From IMG/VR virus record IMGVR_UViG_2513237361_000005: a DNA stretch of 29,840 bases, one strand, 5' to 3'. This document shows positions 1-7,992 of this stretch, piece by piece. Below the pieces are notes generated by a model. It had not been told where the DNA came from. It made no database searches and saw only the letters and a program-made list of their open reading frames with translations. Source of the DNA: a virus (taxonomy: Duplodnaviria; Heunggongvirae; Uroviricota; Caudoviricetes). Position 1 is the first letter of the stretch. Each line of letters starts with the position of its first letter. The position numbers were made by a program, and so were the translations under genes.

Positions 1-1011
1 TTATAACGTCACTCCGCCTTTTAGAGGATTCAGCGCGACGGCATTTTGCAGGTAGTCAGGCGCAAGGTGCGCATAGGCCATCGTCTGCTGAATGCTCGCA
101 TGTCCCAGAATCTGTTGCAGTGCAATTATATTGCCCCCATTCATCATGAAATGGCTTGCGAATGTATGCCGCAGGATGTGGGTTGCCTGATTGGGTGGTA
201 TATCAGGTTTCACTCTGCGTAAAATCCCGCAAAACTTCTCATAATCAACTTTGAATAATTTGGCGCTGGCCTCCTCTTTAACTTTTTTCTCCAGTTCCTC
301 AGAAATCGGCACGGTTCGCTTTTTACCGTTTTTGGTTTTCAGGAAGGTAACCCTGCAATTTGTAATCTGTGCTGGTTTTAGCGTGGCAACTTCCGTCCAT
401 CTTCCTCCGGTGCTCAGACATAAAAGCGCGACAAGTAAGTCATCGCCAGCCAAAACATTTAACAGTTTTTCGATTTCTGCTTTTTCCAGGAACGTCATTT
501 CAGGGTTGGCCTCCGCCAGTGGCGGCAGTCCGTGAATTGGGTGTTGCCCCGAAAATTCATCCAATTGAATTAATTTTGTGAACATGCCGGATAATCGGTA
601 CATGTCACGGTTTATCGTTGCGGCACTGATACCATCACGTAGTCGCATGGAACGATAATCCATCAAAGCCCTTTTGCTCATCCGACTCACTGGTATATCA
701 CCTATGCCGCTGATGGTTTTGAGCAGATGATTAAACTCTTTTGTTCCATGCTCGTGGTTTTGCCCGTGATATTTCCACCAGATGTCCAGCAACTCACTCA
801 AAGTTCGGCGATCTGTTCGCTGACCTGCCCATTCTTTCTGGCTGGCGTAGGCGATTGTGTATCGCTCAAATGCTACAGCCTCAGCTTTTCTTTCAAATTT
901 CCTGCGGATGCGTTTTCCGTCGCGACCGCGAGGTCTAATGTCCACTTCATAGCGTCCATCATCGAGCTTCTTAATTGACATAAGAAAGCCCTCTGACGCT
1001 GTATTCACCAT
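1..1011 (-). CDS. int: tyrosine integrase (P2 Int-like site-specific recombinase)
   Basis: 336-aa ORF at the prophage edge; C-terminal region HILRHTFASHF...LGHASIQQTMAYAH carries the conserved H-x-x-R and catalytic Tyr of tyrosine recombinases; sits downstream of the repressor gene on the same strand as in P2. Confidence 0.9.
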   Translation of the reverse strand: MVNTASEGFLMSIKKLDDGRYEVDIRPRGRDGKRIRRKFERKAEAVAFERYTIAYASQKEWAGQRTDRRTLSELLDIWWKYHGQNHEHGTKEFNHLLKTISGIGDIPVSRMSKRALMDYRSMRLRDGISAATINRDMYRLSGMFTKLIQLDEFSGQHPIHGLPPLAEANPEMTFLEKAEIEKLLNVLAGDDLLVALLCLSTGGRWTEVATLKPAQITNCRVTFLKTKNGKKRTVPISEELEKKVKEEASAKLFKVDYEKFCGILRRVKPDIPPNQATHILRHTFASHFMMNGGNIIALQQILGHASIQQTMAYAHLAPDYLQNAVALNPLKGGVTL

Positions 1012-1050
1012 CTTGGTAACAAATGGTGAAAATGTAATGTTTATAGAGTG

Positions 1051-1344
1051 TTAACCAGTCTGTTTCTCGGAGTGGTCTGATTCTGTTGGTTTTTGCCCAA
1101 TGTGTGCGAGAGCCGGTGCGATCTGACCAGCTTGTGGTGACGTATCACCAGTCATTAACCAGAGCGTATATTTTTTAAATAAAGGTGTATTTGTGACTCG
1201 CATAACGATGCTGAGACCTGGGTCTTTATGCCCACTTTCGTAATTTTTGACTGTTCCTAGAGCTATCCCGCTAATTTCGCTGAATTTCGCCTGTGTTAAG
1301 CCTTCTGCTTTCCTAATCGCTTTCAGTTTTTCGAATGTCTGCAT
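1051..1344 (-). CDS. C: immunity repressor, P2 C-like (HTH DNA-binding protein)
   Basis: 97-aa ORF divergent from the early operon; N-terminal helix-turn-helix-like segment (LTQAKFSEISGIALGTVKNYESG); C-terminal part (KYTLW.MT....GQIAPALAH.GQ) resembles P2 C as I recall it, with a diverged N-terminal half. Confidence 0.7.
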   Translation of the reverse strand: MQTFEKLKAIRKAEGLTQAKFSEISGIALGTVKNYESGHKDPGLSIVMRVTNTPLFKKYTLWLMTGDTSPQAGQIAPALAHIGQKPTESDHSEKQTG

Positions 1345-1373
1345 TTGACAGTAACCTATTGGTGACTTATATT
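1345..1373 (+). promoter_or_regulatory. candidate early promoter (Pe-like): -35 TTGACA (1345-1350), 17-bp spacer, -10 TATATT (1368-1373)
   Basis: Consensus-like sigma70 hexamers read directly from the sequence, immediately upstream of the early operon and abutting the C start codon on the opposite strand. Confidence 0.5.
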
Positions 1374-1400
1374 CCCGTCAAAAGGTTGTGTATTGGTGAC
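1357..1400. promoter_or_regulatory. direct repeats TATTGGTGAC (1357-1366 and 1391-1400) flanking the -10 element: candidate repressor operators
   Basis: Two identical 10-bp direct repeats 34 bp apart, one each side of the -10 hexamer. This mirrors the P2 arrangement where C binds direct repeats flanking -10 of Pe. Confidence 0.45.
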
Positions 1401-1416
1401 CTTTTGAGTGTGTCAG

Positions 1417-1457
1417 CCAGTCCCTAGAAAGGACAGGGGCGACCTAGAAGGGACTGG
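1417..1457. promoter_or_regulatory. palindrome CCAGTCCCT...AGGGACTGG enclosing direct repeats CCTAGAA(A/G)GGAC: candidate second operator (Cox-type) or Pc region
   Basis: Inverted repeat arms at 1417-1425 and 1449-1457; 12-bp direct repeats at 1423-1434 and 1443-1454; lies between the Pe-like promoter and the first early gene. Confidence 0.3.
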
Positions 1458-1496
1458 ATCTAATAAGGGTAACACGAAAGCAAAAAGGGCTAATCA

Positions 1497-1769
1497 ATGG
1501 AAATCAATGACTATGTGATTCAGTACCCGCTTGATGCGGTACATACGGTTAAATTTGCAGAGTTACTTGGTAAGCCAGAAACGGCTGTAGTCAAGATGGT
1601 AAAAGAGAATAAATTGCCAGTTATTGAGCTTCGTGATCCAAGTAAGCCGAACGCTCGTGTCGGTGAGAAGTGGGTTTTCATTCCAGAGTTTAATCGCGCT
1701 GTACGAGAGGCGTTTTATAACCGACCGGTTGAACAGCGTGATGCATGGCTTTTGTGGATGGGGTTGTGA
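1497..1769 (+). CDS. first early-operon protein, Cox-like (excisionase / early regulator) by position
   Basis: 90-aa ORF, first gene transcribed divergently from the repressor, same size class as P2 Cox (about 91 aa). Assignment is by synteny and size, not sequence recognition. Confidence 0.5.
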   Translation: MEINDYVIQYPLDAVHTVKFAELLGKPETAVVKMVKENKLPVIELRDPSKPNARVGEKWVFIPEFNRAVREAFYNRPVEQRDAWLLWMGL

Positions 1770-1771
1770 TT

Positions 1772-1942
1772 ATGAGTGAACCGCGTTGTATTGCTCAGTT
1801 ATTGCGTAACGAAAGCCCCAGGGCGATTGATTTCACCATCACCCACGGGAAGGGTCGCAAAGGAATCATTATCCGCACTAAAAAACAGAGTCCGTTAAAG
1901 AAGGCTCTGACCTTTCTGAAAAGCCGGAGGGTCTGGAAATGA
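1772..1942 (+). CDS. small hypothetical early protein
   Basis: ORF with ATG at 1772 just after the upstream stop; basic C-terminus; start choice uncertain (the listed ORF begins at 1745). Confidence 0.35.
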   Translation: MSEPRCIAQLLRNESPRAIDFTITHGKGRKGIIIRTKKQSPLKKALTFLKSRRVWK

Positions 1943-2439
1943 CAGTGATGACACTTAATCTCGTCGAAAAACAGCCAGCAGCTATGCGCCGGATAATTGG
2001 CAAGCATCTGGCCGTCCCTCGCTGGCAGGAGACATGTGATTATTATAATCAGATGATGGAACGCGAACGGCTAACGGTTTGCTTTCATGCGCAGTTAAAA
2101 CAGCGTCACGCAACGATGCGTTTTGAAGAAATGAACGACGTCGAACGTGAACGACTGGTATGTGCAATTGATGAATTGCGTGGGGCATTCTCAAAACGCC
2201 GTCAGGTTGGCGCAAGTGAGTATGCATATATTAGTTTTTTAACAGTCAGTCAGCGTCGCACTTTATTTATGCACGCACGACTGACAGAAAAAGAATTTAA
2301 CCAGCCATACTGGCGAATTAATGAAGAATCATGTTACTGGCGTGATGCTTTATTCCGTGCATTACGTGAATTATTCAGTCTGTTTGAGTATGCACCGACA
2401 ATTCTGACGTCGGTAAAACCAGAGCAATATCTGCATTAA
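1939..2439 (+). CDS. B: replication protein B-like (helicase-loading accessory)
   Basis: 166 aa, same length and position as P2 B; start overlaps the upstream stop (ATGA), indicating translational coupling. Confidence 0.7.
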   Translation: MTVMTLNLVEKQPAAMRRIIGKHLAVPRWQETCDYYNQMMERERLTVCFHAQLKQRHATMRFEEMNDVERERLVCAIDELRGAFSKRRQVGASEYAYISFLTVSQRRTLFMHARLTEKEFNQPYWRINEESCYWRDALFRALRELFSLFEYAPTILTSVKPEQYLH

Positions 2440-2502
2440 GTAATTAACCAGAGTTTTTAACGCACTTAATTGTGCGGGGCTTCTTTTTGCCTGGAGAAAG
2501 TC

Positions 2503-2727
2503 ATGCATACAGTTTCTGAAAATCAGTGCGGTAAATACGCATTACTGCTGCAACAGGCCAGAACCGAAGCACAGGCCGACGCAGCGACGCGCTTTTCTTC
2601 TCATCTTGACGCCATGATTCGCCACATCACAAAGGCGGAGTTATCCCGCGTGGAGATAGTCGAGCTGCTCAGTCAGGAGTCGGAAAAATTTCACAACATC
2701 GGATTGTCTCGCGGGGAGGTGCTTTGA
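2503..2727 (+). CDS. hypothetical early protein (P2 orf80 position)
   Basis: ATG at 2503 preceded by GGAGAAAG Shine-Dalgarno; stop overlaps the next start. Confidence 0.5.
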   Translation: MHTVSENQCGKYALLLQQARTEAQADAATRFSSHLDAMIRHITKAELSRVEIVELLSQESEKFHNIGLSRGEVL

Positions 2728-2993
2728 TGTCCTGTTCTCGTTCAGTTGTATTACTGAATAACGCCTTAAAAATCGCCGTTATGGAGAATGGCGATTTGTC
2801 TCTTATTCAACTTAGGTTTGATAAAGAAAAACGCGAAATAACTGAATCTGTTTTCGCGATTTATCAGAACGAATTAAACCTCCTGTCTGATGTGGTCAAT
2901 TTACTTGTTAAACGTGCTGTATTTCACAAGCAAATTTCCTCCGTGGATGAACTGACAAAATTAACGACAGAAATCGCCCAGCTATTGCGCTGA
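2724..2993 (+). CDS. hypothetical early protein (P2 orf81 position)
   Basis: 89-aa ORF; ATGA overlap with the upstream gene. Confidence 0.55.
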   Translation: MMSCSRSVVLLNNALKIAVMENGDLSLIQLRFDKEKREITESVFAIYQNELNLLSDVVNLLVKRAVFHKQISSVDELTKLTTEIAQLLR

Positions 2994-3029
2994 TGAATTT
3001 AAGAAACTGAACGATAAAAGGAGCTGGTA

Positions 3030-3254
3030 ATGTCGGACAACGTAGATTTTATTCAGGAACAACAGGCTGAATTACTGGAGCGCCAGATTAACGTGGCAAG
3101 GGTAAAACATTGCGGTGCTTCTGCGCTGGTTTGCGAAGAGTGTGACGCGCCAATACCTGCTGCCCGTCGTGCGGCTTATCCGTCAGCCACGCGTTGTGTT
3201 TCCTGTCAGTCAGTCTTTGAAGCAAAAAACAAACATTACCGGAGAACGGCATGA
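3030..3254 (+). CDS. TraR/DksA-type C4 zinc-finger protein (P2 orf82 position)
   Basis: 74 aa with CxxC-x17-CxxC (CEECDAPIPAARRAAYPSATRCVSC) near the C-terminus, the arrangement of TraR/DksA-family zinc fingers; GGAG Shine-Dalgarno upstream. Confidence 0.65.
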   Translation: MSDNVDFIQEQQAELLERQINVARVKHCGASALVCEECDAPIPAARRAAYPSATRCVSCQSVFEAKNKHYRRTA

Positions 3255-3526
3255 GTATTCGTATTGAAATTGGCGAACGTTATGTCGTTACCAGTGACAG
3301 CTTTCAGTTTATTCTCCACGAGAAAAAGAGAGCTGAAAGCGGTAAAAACGCCGGTCAGGAATGGCTGGCGGTGGTTGGTTATTACCCGAAATTAAGCCAG
3401 CTCGTTTCCGGCCTGATGCATCACGATATTCTGACCGGAAGCGCAAAGTCTTTTGCTGATTTAAACGCGCAGGTTGAGCAACTCAGCAAGCGTTGTTCAG
3501 AGGCTTTTGGCTCATATGGCCGTTAA
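3251..3526 (+). CDS. hypothetical early protein (P2 orf83 position)
   Basis: 91-aa ORF; ATGA overlap with the upstream gene; its end overlaps the start of gene A. Confidence 0.55.
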   Translation: MSIRIEIGERYVVTSDSFQFILHEKKRAESGKNAGQEWLAVVGYYPKLSQLVSGLMHHDILTGSAKSFADLNAQVEQLSKRCSEAFGSYGR

Positions 3527-5801
3527 AGCCTCCGGGCGTTTTGTCCCTCCGTCAGCATTTGCCGCAGGCACCGGTAAGGCGTTTACCGGTGCTTATGCAT
3601 GGAACGCGCCACGCGAGGCCGTCGGGCGCGAAAGACCCCTTACACGTGACGAGATGCGTCAGGTGCAAGGTGTTTTATCCACGATTAACCGCCTGCCTTA
3701 CTTTTTGCGCTCGCTGTTTACTTCACGCTATGACTACATCCGGCGCAATAAAAGCCCGGTGCACGGGTTTTATTTCCTCACATCCACTTTTCAGCGTCGT
3801 TTATGGCCGCGCATTGAGCGTGTGAATCAGCGCCATGAAATGAACACCGACGCGTCGTTGCTGTTTCTGGCAGAGCGTGACCACTATGCGCGCCTGCCGG
3901 GAATGAATGACAAGGAGCTGAAAAAGTTTGCCGCCCGTATCTCATCACAGCTTTTCATGATGTATGAGGAACTCTGCGATGCCTGGGTGGATGCGCATGG
4001 CGAAAAAGAATCGCTGTTTACGGATGAGGCGCAGGCACATCTGTATGGTCATGTTGCTGGCGCTGCACGTGCTTTCAATATTTCCCCTCTCTACTGGAAA
4101 AAATACCGTAAAGGGCAGATGACCACGAGGCAGGCATATTCTGCCATTGCCCGTCTGTTTAACGATGAGTGGTGGATTAGTCAGCTTAAAGGCCAGCGTA
4201 TGCGCTGGCATGAGGCGTTACTGATTGCTGTCGGGGAGGTCAATAAAGACCGTTCTCCTTATGCCAGTAAACATGCCATTCGTGATGTGCGTGCGCGCCG
4301 CCAGGCAAATCTGGAGTTTCTTAAATCGTGTGACCTTGAAAACAGGGAAACCGGCGAGCGCATCGACCTTATCAGTAAGGTGATGGGCAGTATTTCTAAT
4401 CCTGAAATTCGCCGGATGGAGCTGATGAACACCATTGCCGGTATTGAGCGTTACGCCGCTGCAGAGGGTGATGTGGGGATGTTTATCACGCTGACCGCGC
4501 CGTCAAAGTATCACCCGACACGTCAGGTCGGAAAAGGCGAAAGTAAAACCGTGCAGCTTAATCACGGCTGGAACGATGAGGCATTTAATCCAAAGGATGC
4601 GCAGCGTTATCTCTGCCGTATCTGGAGCCTGATGCGCACGGCATTCAAGGATAATGATTTACAGGTCTACGGTTTGCGTGTCGTCGAGCCACACCACGAC
4701 GGAACGCCGCACTGGCATATGATGCTTTTTTGTAATCCACGCCAGCGTAACCAGATTATCGAAATCATGCGTCGCTATGCGCTCAAAGAGGATGGCGACG
4801 AAAGAGGAGCCGCGCGAAACCGTTTTCAGGCAAAACATCTTAACCGGGGCGGTGCTGCGGGGTATATCGCGAAATACATCTCAAAAAATATCGACGGCTA
4901 TGCACTGGATGGGCTGCTCGATAACGATACCGGCAGGCCGCTGAAAGATACTGCCGCGGCTGTTACCGCATGGGCGTCAACGTGGCGTATTCCGCAATTT
5001 AAAACGGTTGGCCTGCCGACAATGGGGGCTTACCGTGAACTACGCAAATTGCCTCGCGGCGTCAGCATTGCTGATGAGTTTGACGAGCGCGTCGAGGCTG
5101 CACGCGCCGCCGCAGACAGTGGTGATTTTGCGCTGTATATCAGCGCGCAGGGCGGGGCAAATGTCCCGCGCGATTGTCAGACTGTCAGGGTCGCCCGTAG
5201 TCCGTCGGATGACGTTAACGAGTACGAGGAAGAAGTCGAGAGAGTGGTCGGCATTTACGCGCCGCATCTCGGCGCGCGTCATATTCATATCACCAGAACC
5301 ACGGACTGGCGCATTGTGCCGAAAGTGCCGGTCGTTGAGCCTTTGACTTTAAAAAGCGGCATCGCCGCGCCTCGGAGTCCTGTCAATAACTGTGGAAAGC
5401 TCACCGGTGGTGATACTTCGTTACCGGCTCCCACACCTTCTGAACACGCCGCAGCAGTGCTTAATCTGGTTGATGATGGTGTTATCGAATGGAATGACCC
5501 GGAGGTCGTGAGGGCGCTCAGGGGCGCATTAAAACACGACCTGAGAACACCAAACCGTCAGCAAAGAAACGGAAGCCCGTTAAAACCACATGAAATTGCA
5601 CCATCGGCCAGACTGACCCGGTCGGAAAGAATGCAAATTACCCGTATCCGCGTTGACCTTGCTCAGAACGGTATCAGGCCGCAGCGATGGGAGCTTGAGG
5701 CGCTGGCGCGTGGCGCGACCGTAAATTATGACGGGAAAAAATTCACGTATCCGGTCGCTGATGAGTGGCCGGGATTCTCAACAGTAATGGAGTGGAGATG
5801 A
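3516..5801 (+). CDS. A: replication initiation endonuclease gpA (rolling-circle Rep, HUH class)
   Basis: Starting at ATG 3516 gives 761 aa, the P2 gpA length. Contains an HUH-type motif (PHWHMMLF) and a tyrosine pair (AGYIAKYISK) typical of rolling-circle initiators. Confidence 0.9.
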   Translation: MAVKASGRFVPPSAFAAGTGKAFTGAYAWNAPREAVGRERPLTRDEMRQVQGVLSTINRLPYFLRSLFTSRYDYIRRNKSPVHGFYFLTSTFQRRLWPRIERVNQRHEMNTDASLLFLAERDHYARLPGMNDKELKKFAARISSQLFMMYEELCDAWVDAHGEKESLFTDEAQAHLYGHVAGAARAFNISPLYWKKYRKGQMTTRQAYSAIARLFNDEWWISQLKGQRMRWHEALLIAVGEVNKDRSPYASKHAIRDVRARRQANLEFLKSCDLENRETGERIDLISKVMGSISNPEIRRMELMNTIAGIERYAAAEGDVGMFITLTAPSKYHPTRQVGKGESKTVQLNHGWNDEAFNPKDAQRYLCRIWSLMRTAFKDNDLQVYGLRVVEPHHDGTPHWHMMLFCNPRQRNQIIEIMRRYALKEDGDERGAARNRFQAKHLNRGGAAGYIAKYISKNIDGYALDGLLDNDTGRPLKDTAAAVTAWASTWRIPQFKTVGLPTMGAYRELRKLPRGVSIADEFDERVEAARAAADSGDFALYISAQGGANVPRDCQTVRVARSPSDDVNEYEEEVERVVGIYAPHLGARHIHITRTTDWRIVPKVPVVEPLTLKSGIAAPRSPVNNCGKLTGGDTSLPAPTPSEHAAAVLNLVDDGVIEWNDPEVVRALRGALKHDLRTPNRQQRNGSPLKPHEIAPSARLTRSERMQITRIRVDLAQNGIRPQRWELEALARGATVNYDGKKFTYPVADEWPGFSTVMEWR

Positions 5802-6253
5802 TGGCAAAAATTCACGAGGTAAAGCTGCACGCAAAATATTTCGACCTTGTGCTGGAAGGAAAGAAACGCGCAGAGTTTCGGAAAAATGACCGTAATTATG
5901 AGCACGGGGACACGTTGATTTTGCATGAATGGGTGCAGGGTGTGTATACGGGGCGAAAGGTTGAAGCCCGGATAACAGATGTTACTGACCTGTCAGACTG
6001 GCTGGAAGATTATGTCTTGCTAAGTATTGAGCTGCTTAATACAGGCGCATATGAGATTGTGAACTGGAAAGAACTTAGTGAGCGTGGTCTGGTATTCAGA
6101 ATTAATCATGAAATTATGCATCAGCTCGGCCTTGCTGTTATGTATGAACCAGAGACGGGGATGTCTGGCGGGGCAATGGTTGCCACGGATGGAGCATGGA
6201 ACTATTCAGATGAACAGATGGAGCGTGCACAGCAAAACGGGTGGCTTGGATAA
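5801..6253 (+). CDS. DUF3850/ASCH-like (PUA-fold) protein with an unassigned C-terminal extension
   Basis: Start overlaps the gpA stop. N-terminal about 80 aa (MAKIHEVKLHAKYFDLVLEGKKRAEFRKNDRNYEHGDTLILHEW...) resembles the small DUF3850/ASCH-like proteins common in phages (recognition by eye, unverified). Confidence 0.5.
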   Translation: MAKIHEVKLHAKYFDLVLEGKKRAEFRKNDRNYEHGDTLILHEWVQGVYTGRKVEARITDVTDLSDWLEDYVLLSIELLNTGAYEIVNWKELSERGLVFRINHEIMHQLGLAVMYEPETGMSGGAMVATDGAWNYSDEQMERAQQNGWLG

Positions 6254-6459
6254 TGCACAGAATACCAGGCGAGATACCGCACCATAAAACTAAAAATATC
6301 AAGCTGATGGCTATTGTTCAGCGTTTACAGCGGATTATGGTCAACGAAAATATGACGCCCGATGAGCTGGTCGGGTGTGCCGAAATAGTCCGGGATAATT
6401 ACGGGCGGTTTAATCATATCGGTCAATCAAGAGTTACGCCACCACCACGCAGACGATAG
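6253..6459 (+). CDS. small hypothetical protein
   Basis: 68-aa ORF whose ATG overlaps the upstream TAA (TAATG); Pro/Arg-rich C-terminus; no recognisable motif. Confidence 0.4.
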   Translation: MHRIPGEIPHHKTKNIKLMAIVQRLQRIMVNENMTPDELVGCAEIVRDNYGRFNHIGQSRVTPPPRRR

Positions 6460-6682
6460 AGAACGCCGCCAGTCGTGAAACTTGTTTTCAGGGCTGGCGG
6501 GGTTGAACAACGAGCGAAGCGAGGCGTTAGTTGACAGACATATTTTTACTGCGTTGGTGCCGGTTTTTGACGGTTGAAAGGAGTTAGGTTGGAGAGCCAA
6601 CAACTTACAAATATTCAAAAGTAAGCATCCTGTTGCTAACATGAGGTCGATTTTTTATGTGGATGATGCAAAAAGGATAGCT

Positions 6683-7414
6683 ATGGATACTATAATCGCT
6701 TTTCTATCACTCGCTTTTTTCGTTGCTTTCTTCATCGGGTTAATCAAGCCATCACTGGTGCGAATGCCAAACCGCAAACGTGCAAGTGCGGTTTATCTCG
6801 GAGGAGGTTTTGTATTGAGCATAATTGGTTCAATACTCTATCCAACAGAAAAAAGCCAGCCAGTTGCTAAAACTGAAACATCAACCGTTGCAGAACACAA
6901 AGTCCAAAAAACATTCGAATATGGTGAAAAAACACTCAAGGAATATCGGAACGAGTCAAAGAAAACACGACACGATATTGTGAATAGTTACATTGATTTT
7001 AAGGAAGTTCCAGCCACCGCGTCAGATGCGTTTTATGCCTGCATGAGTGAGTATACATTTACCAAAGATGATGAGTTGAAACTCGGTGATGTTCTTGGGT
7101 GGTGCTTTAATGATTATGAAAATGACCCGAATTCACTAAACAATAAAATCAATCTTGATACATTTCAGAGTAATTTTAGTGGTTGGGATGGTTCTTATCG
7201 TCCATTGGAAAAACTAATTAAAGATAATATGAACGATGATTCATCTTATAAACATGTGTCAACGGTATATCATTTGGTTTTGAATAAAGACCCGTACGCT
7301 ATTGTGAAAACTACGTTTCGCGGTACTAATGCTTATGGTGGAGTGGTTAAGCAGACTATAGCTGCGCGCGTCGACATACGAACGGGAGAGGTTGTATCAA
7401 TATTAGATAATTGA
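6683..7414 (+). CDS. cargo membrane protein: two N-terminal transmembrane helices plus about 170-aa soluble domain of unknown function
   Basis: ATG 6683 with AGGA 5 nt upstream; hydrophobic helices TIIAFLSLAFFVAFFIGLI and AVYLGGGFVLSIIGSILY separated by a basic loop (RMPNRKRAS); coding sequence is strongly AT-rich compared with flanking phage genes. Confidence 0.6.
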   Translation: MDTIIAFLSLAFFVAFFIGLIKPSLVRMPNRKRASAVYLGGGFVLSIIGSILYPTEKSQPVAKTETSTVAEHKVQKTFEYGEKTLKEYRNESKKTRHDIVNSYIDFKEVPATASDAFYACMSEYTFTKDDELKLGDVLGWCFNDYENDPNSLNNKINLDTFQSNFSGWDGSYRPLEKLIKDNMNDDSSYKHVSTVYHLVLNKDPYAIVKTTFRGTNAYGGVVKQTIAARVDIRTGEVVSILDN

Positions 7415-7423
7415 TTATAAGCA

Positions 7424-7452
7424 ATGAGTGCTGAATGGTTTTCTGCACTCAT
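7424..7452 (+). other. intergenic hairpin between the two cargo genes (8-bp stem ATGAGTGC/GCACTCAT, 13-nt loop)
   Basis: Perfect inverted repeat read from the sequence; no following U-tract, so more likely a processing or attenuation element than a terminator. Confidence 0.3.
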
Positions 7453-7479
7453 ATAAATATGAATTTTTTAGGTGATGTA

Positions 7480-7992
7480 ATGGAATATCAACTGGATTTA
7501 CAAGAGAATGCTATTGATAGTTTTAATGAAGCTTTAGCAAAGTATGAGTTAGGGCAGAGAGGAGAATTGCGGCAATATAAATTTGCTATCTTGCATTTGT
7601 CACATTTTCTTGAGCTGGTGTTGAAGTTATATATTGTTACAGTAGATGAAAATTTACTGTATTCCGATTGCTATAAACAAATAGCTACAAGAGCAAAGCA
7701 AGAATCAATCAGTCTTTTAGACGCATATAATAAAATTATCGAGGATGGCGTTGATTTAGGAAGGTTCATTGAAGGGAAATCTAAGCCATATACGATAACC
7801 TTAGATCAGGCACTAAACTTTGCTAAGTGTGAGAAATGCGGCATAACTGGGGTTGATTTTGTAGATATTGATTTTTGTAATGATATAGCTTGGATAAAGA
7901 ATTTAAGAAATGATATTGAGCATTATCAATTCAGACTTACTCCTAAAGATGCGCGCTTGTGTATTGGACGCCTCGTCCGGGGGGGTAGCTGA
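7480..7992 (+). CDS. HEPN-like protein segment; probable N-terminal part of a single frameshifted gene spanning 7480-8416
   Basis: ATG 7480 with AGGTGA 5 nt upstream; helical-looking sequence with R-N-D-I-E-H (Rx4H) at 7906-7923, the HEPN signature; the frame terminates immediately after a G7 tract (7979-7985). Confidence 0.55.
   Translation: MEYQLDLQENAIDSFNEALAKYELGQRGELRQYKFAILHLSHFLELVLKLYIVTVDENLLYSDCYKQIATRAKQESISLLDAYNKIIEDGVDLGRFIEGKSKPYTITLDQALNFAKCEKCGITGVDFVDIDFCNDIAWIKNLRNDIEHYQFRLTPKDARLCIGRLVRGGS

Noticed and set aside
1380-1496. Repressor promoter (Pc) on the minus strand
   Set aside because: Only weak hexamer matches (for example CTGACA-like at 1411-1416 without a convincing -10); not called.
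3493-3825. 110-aa alternate-frame ORF at the start of gene A
   Set aside because: Overlaps gpA in another frame; no independent support.
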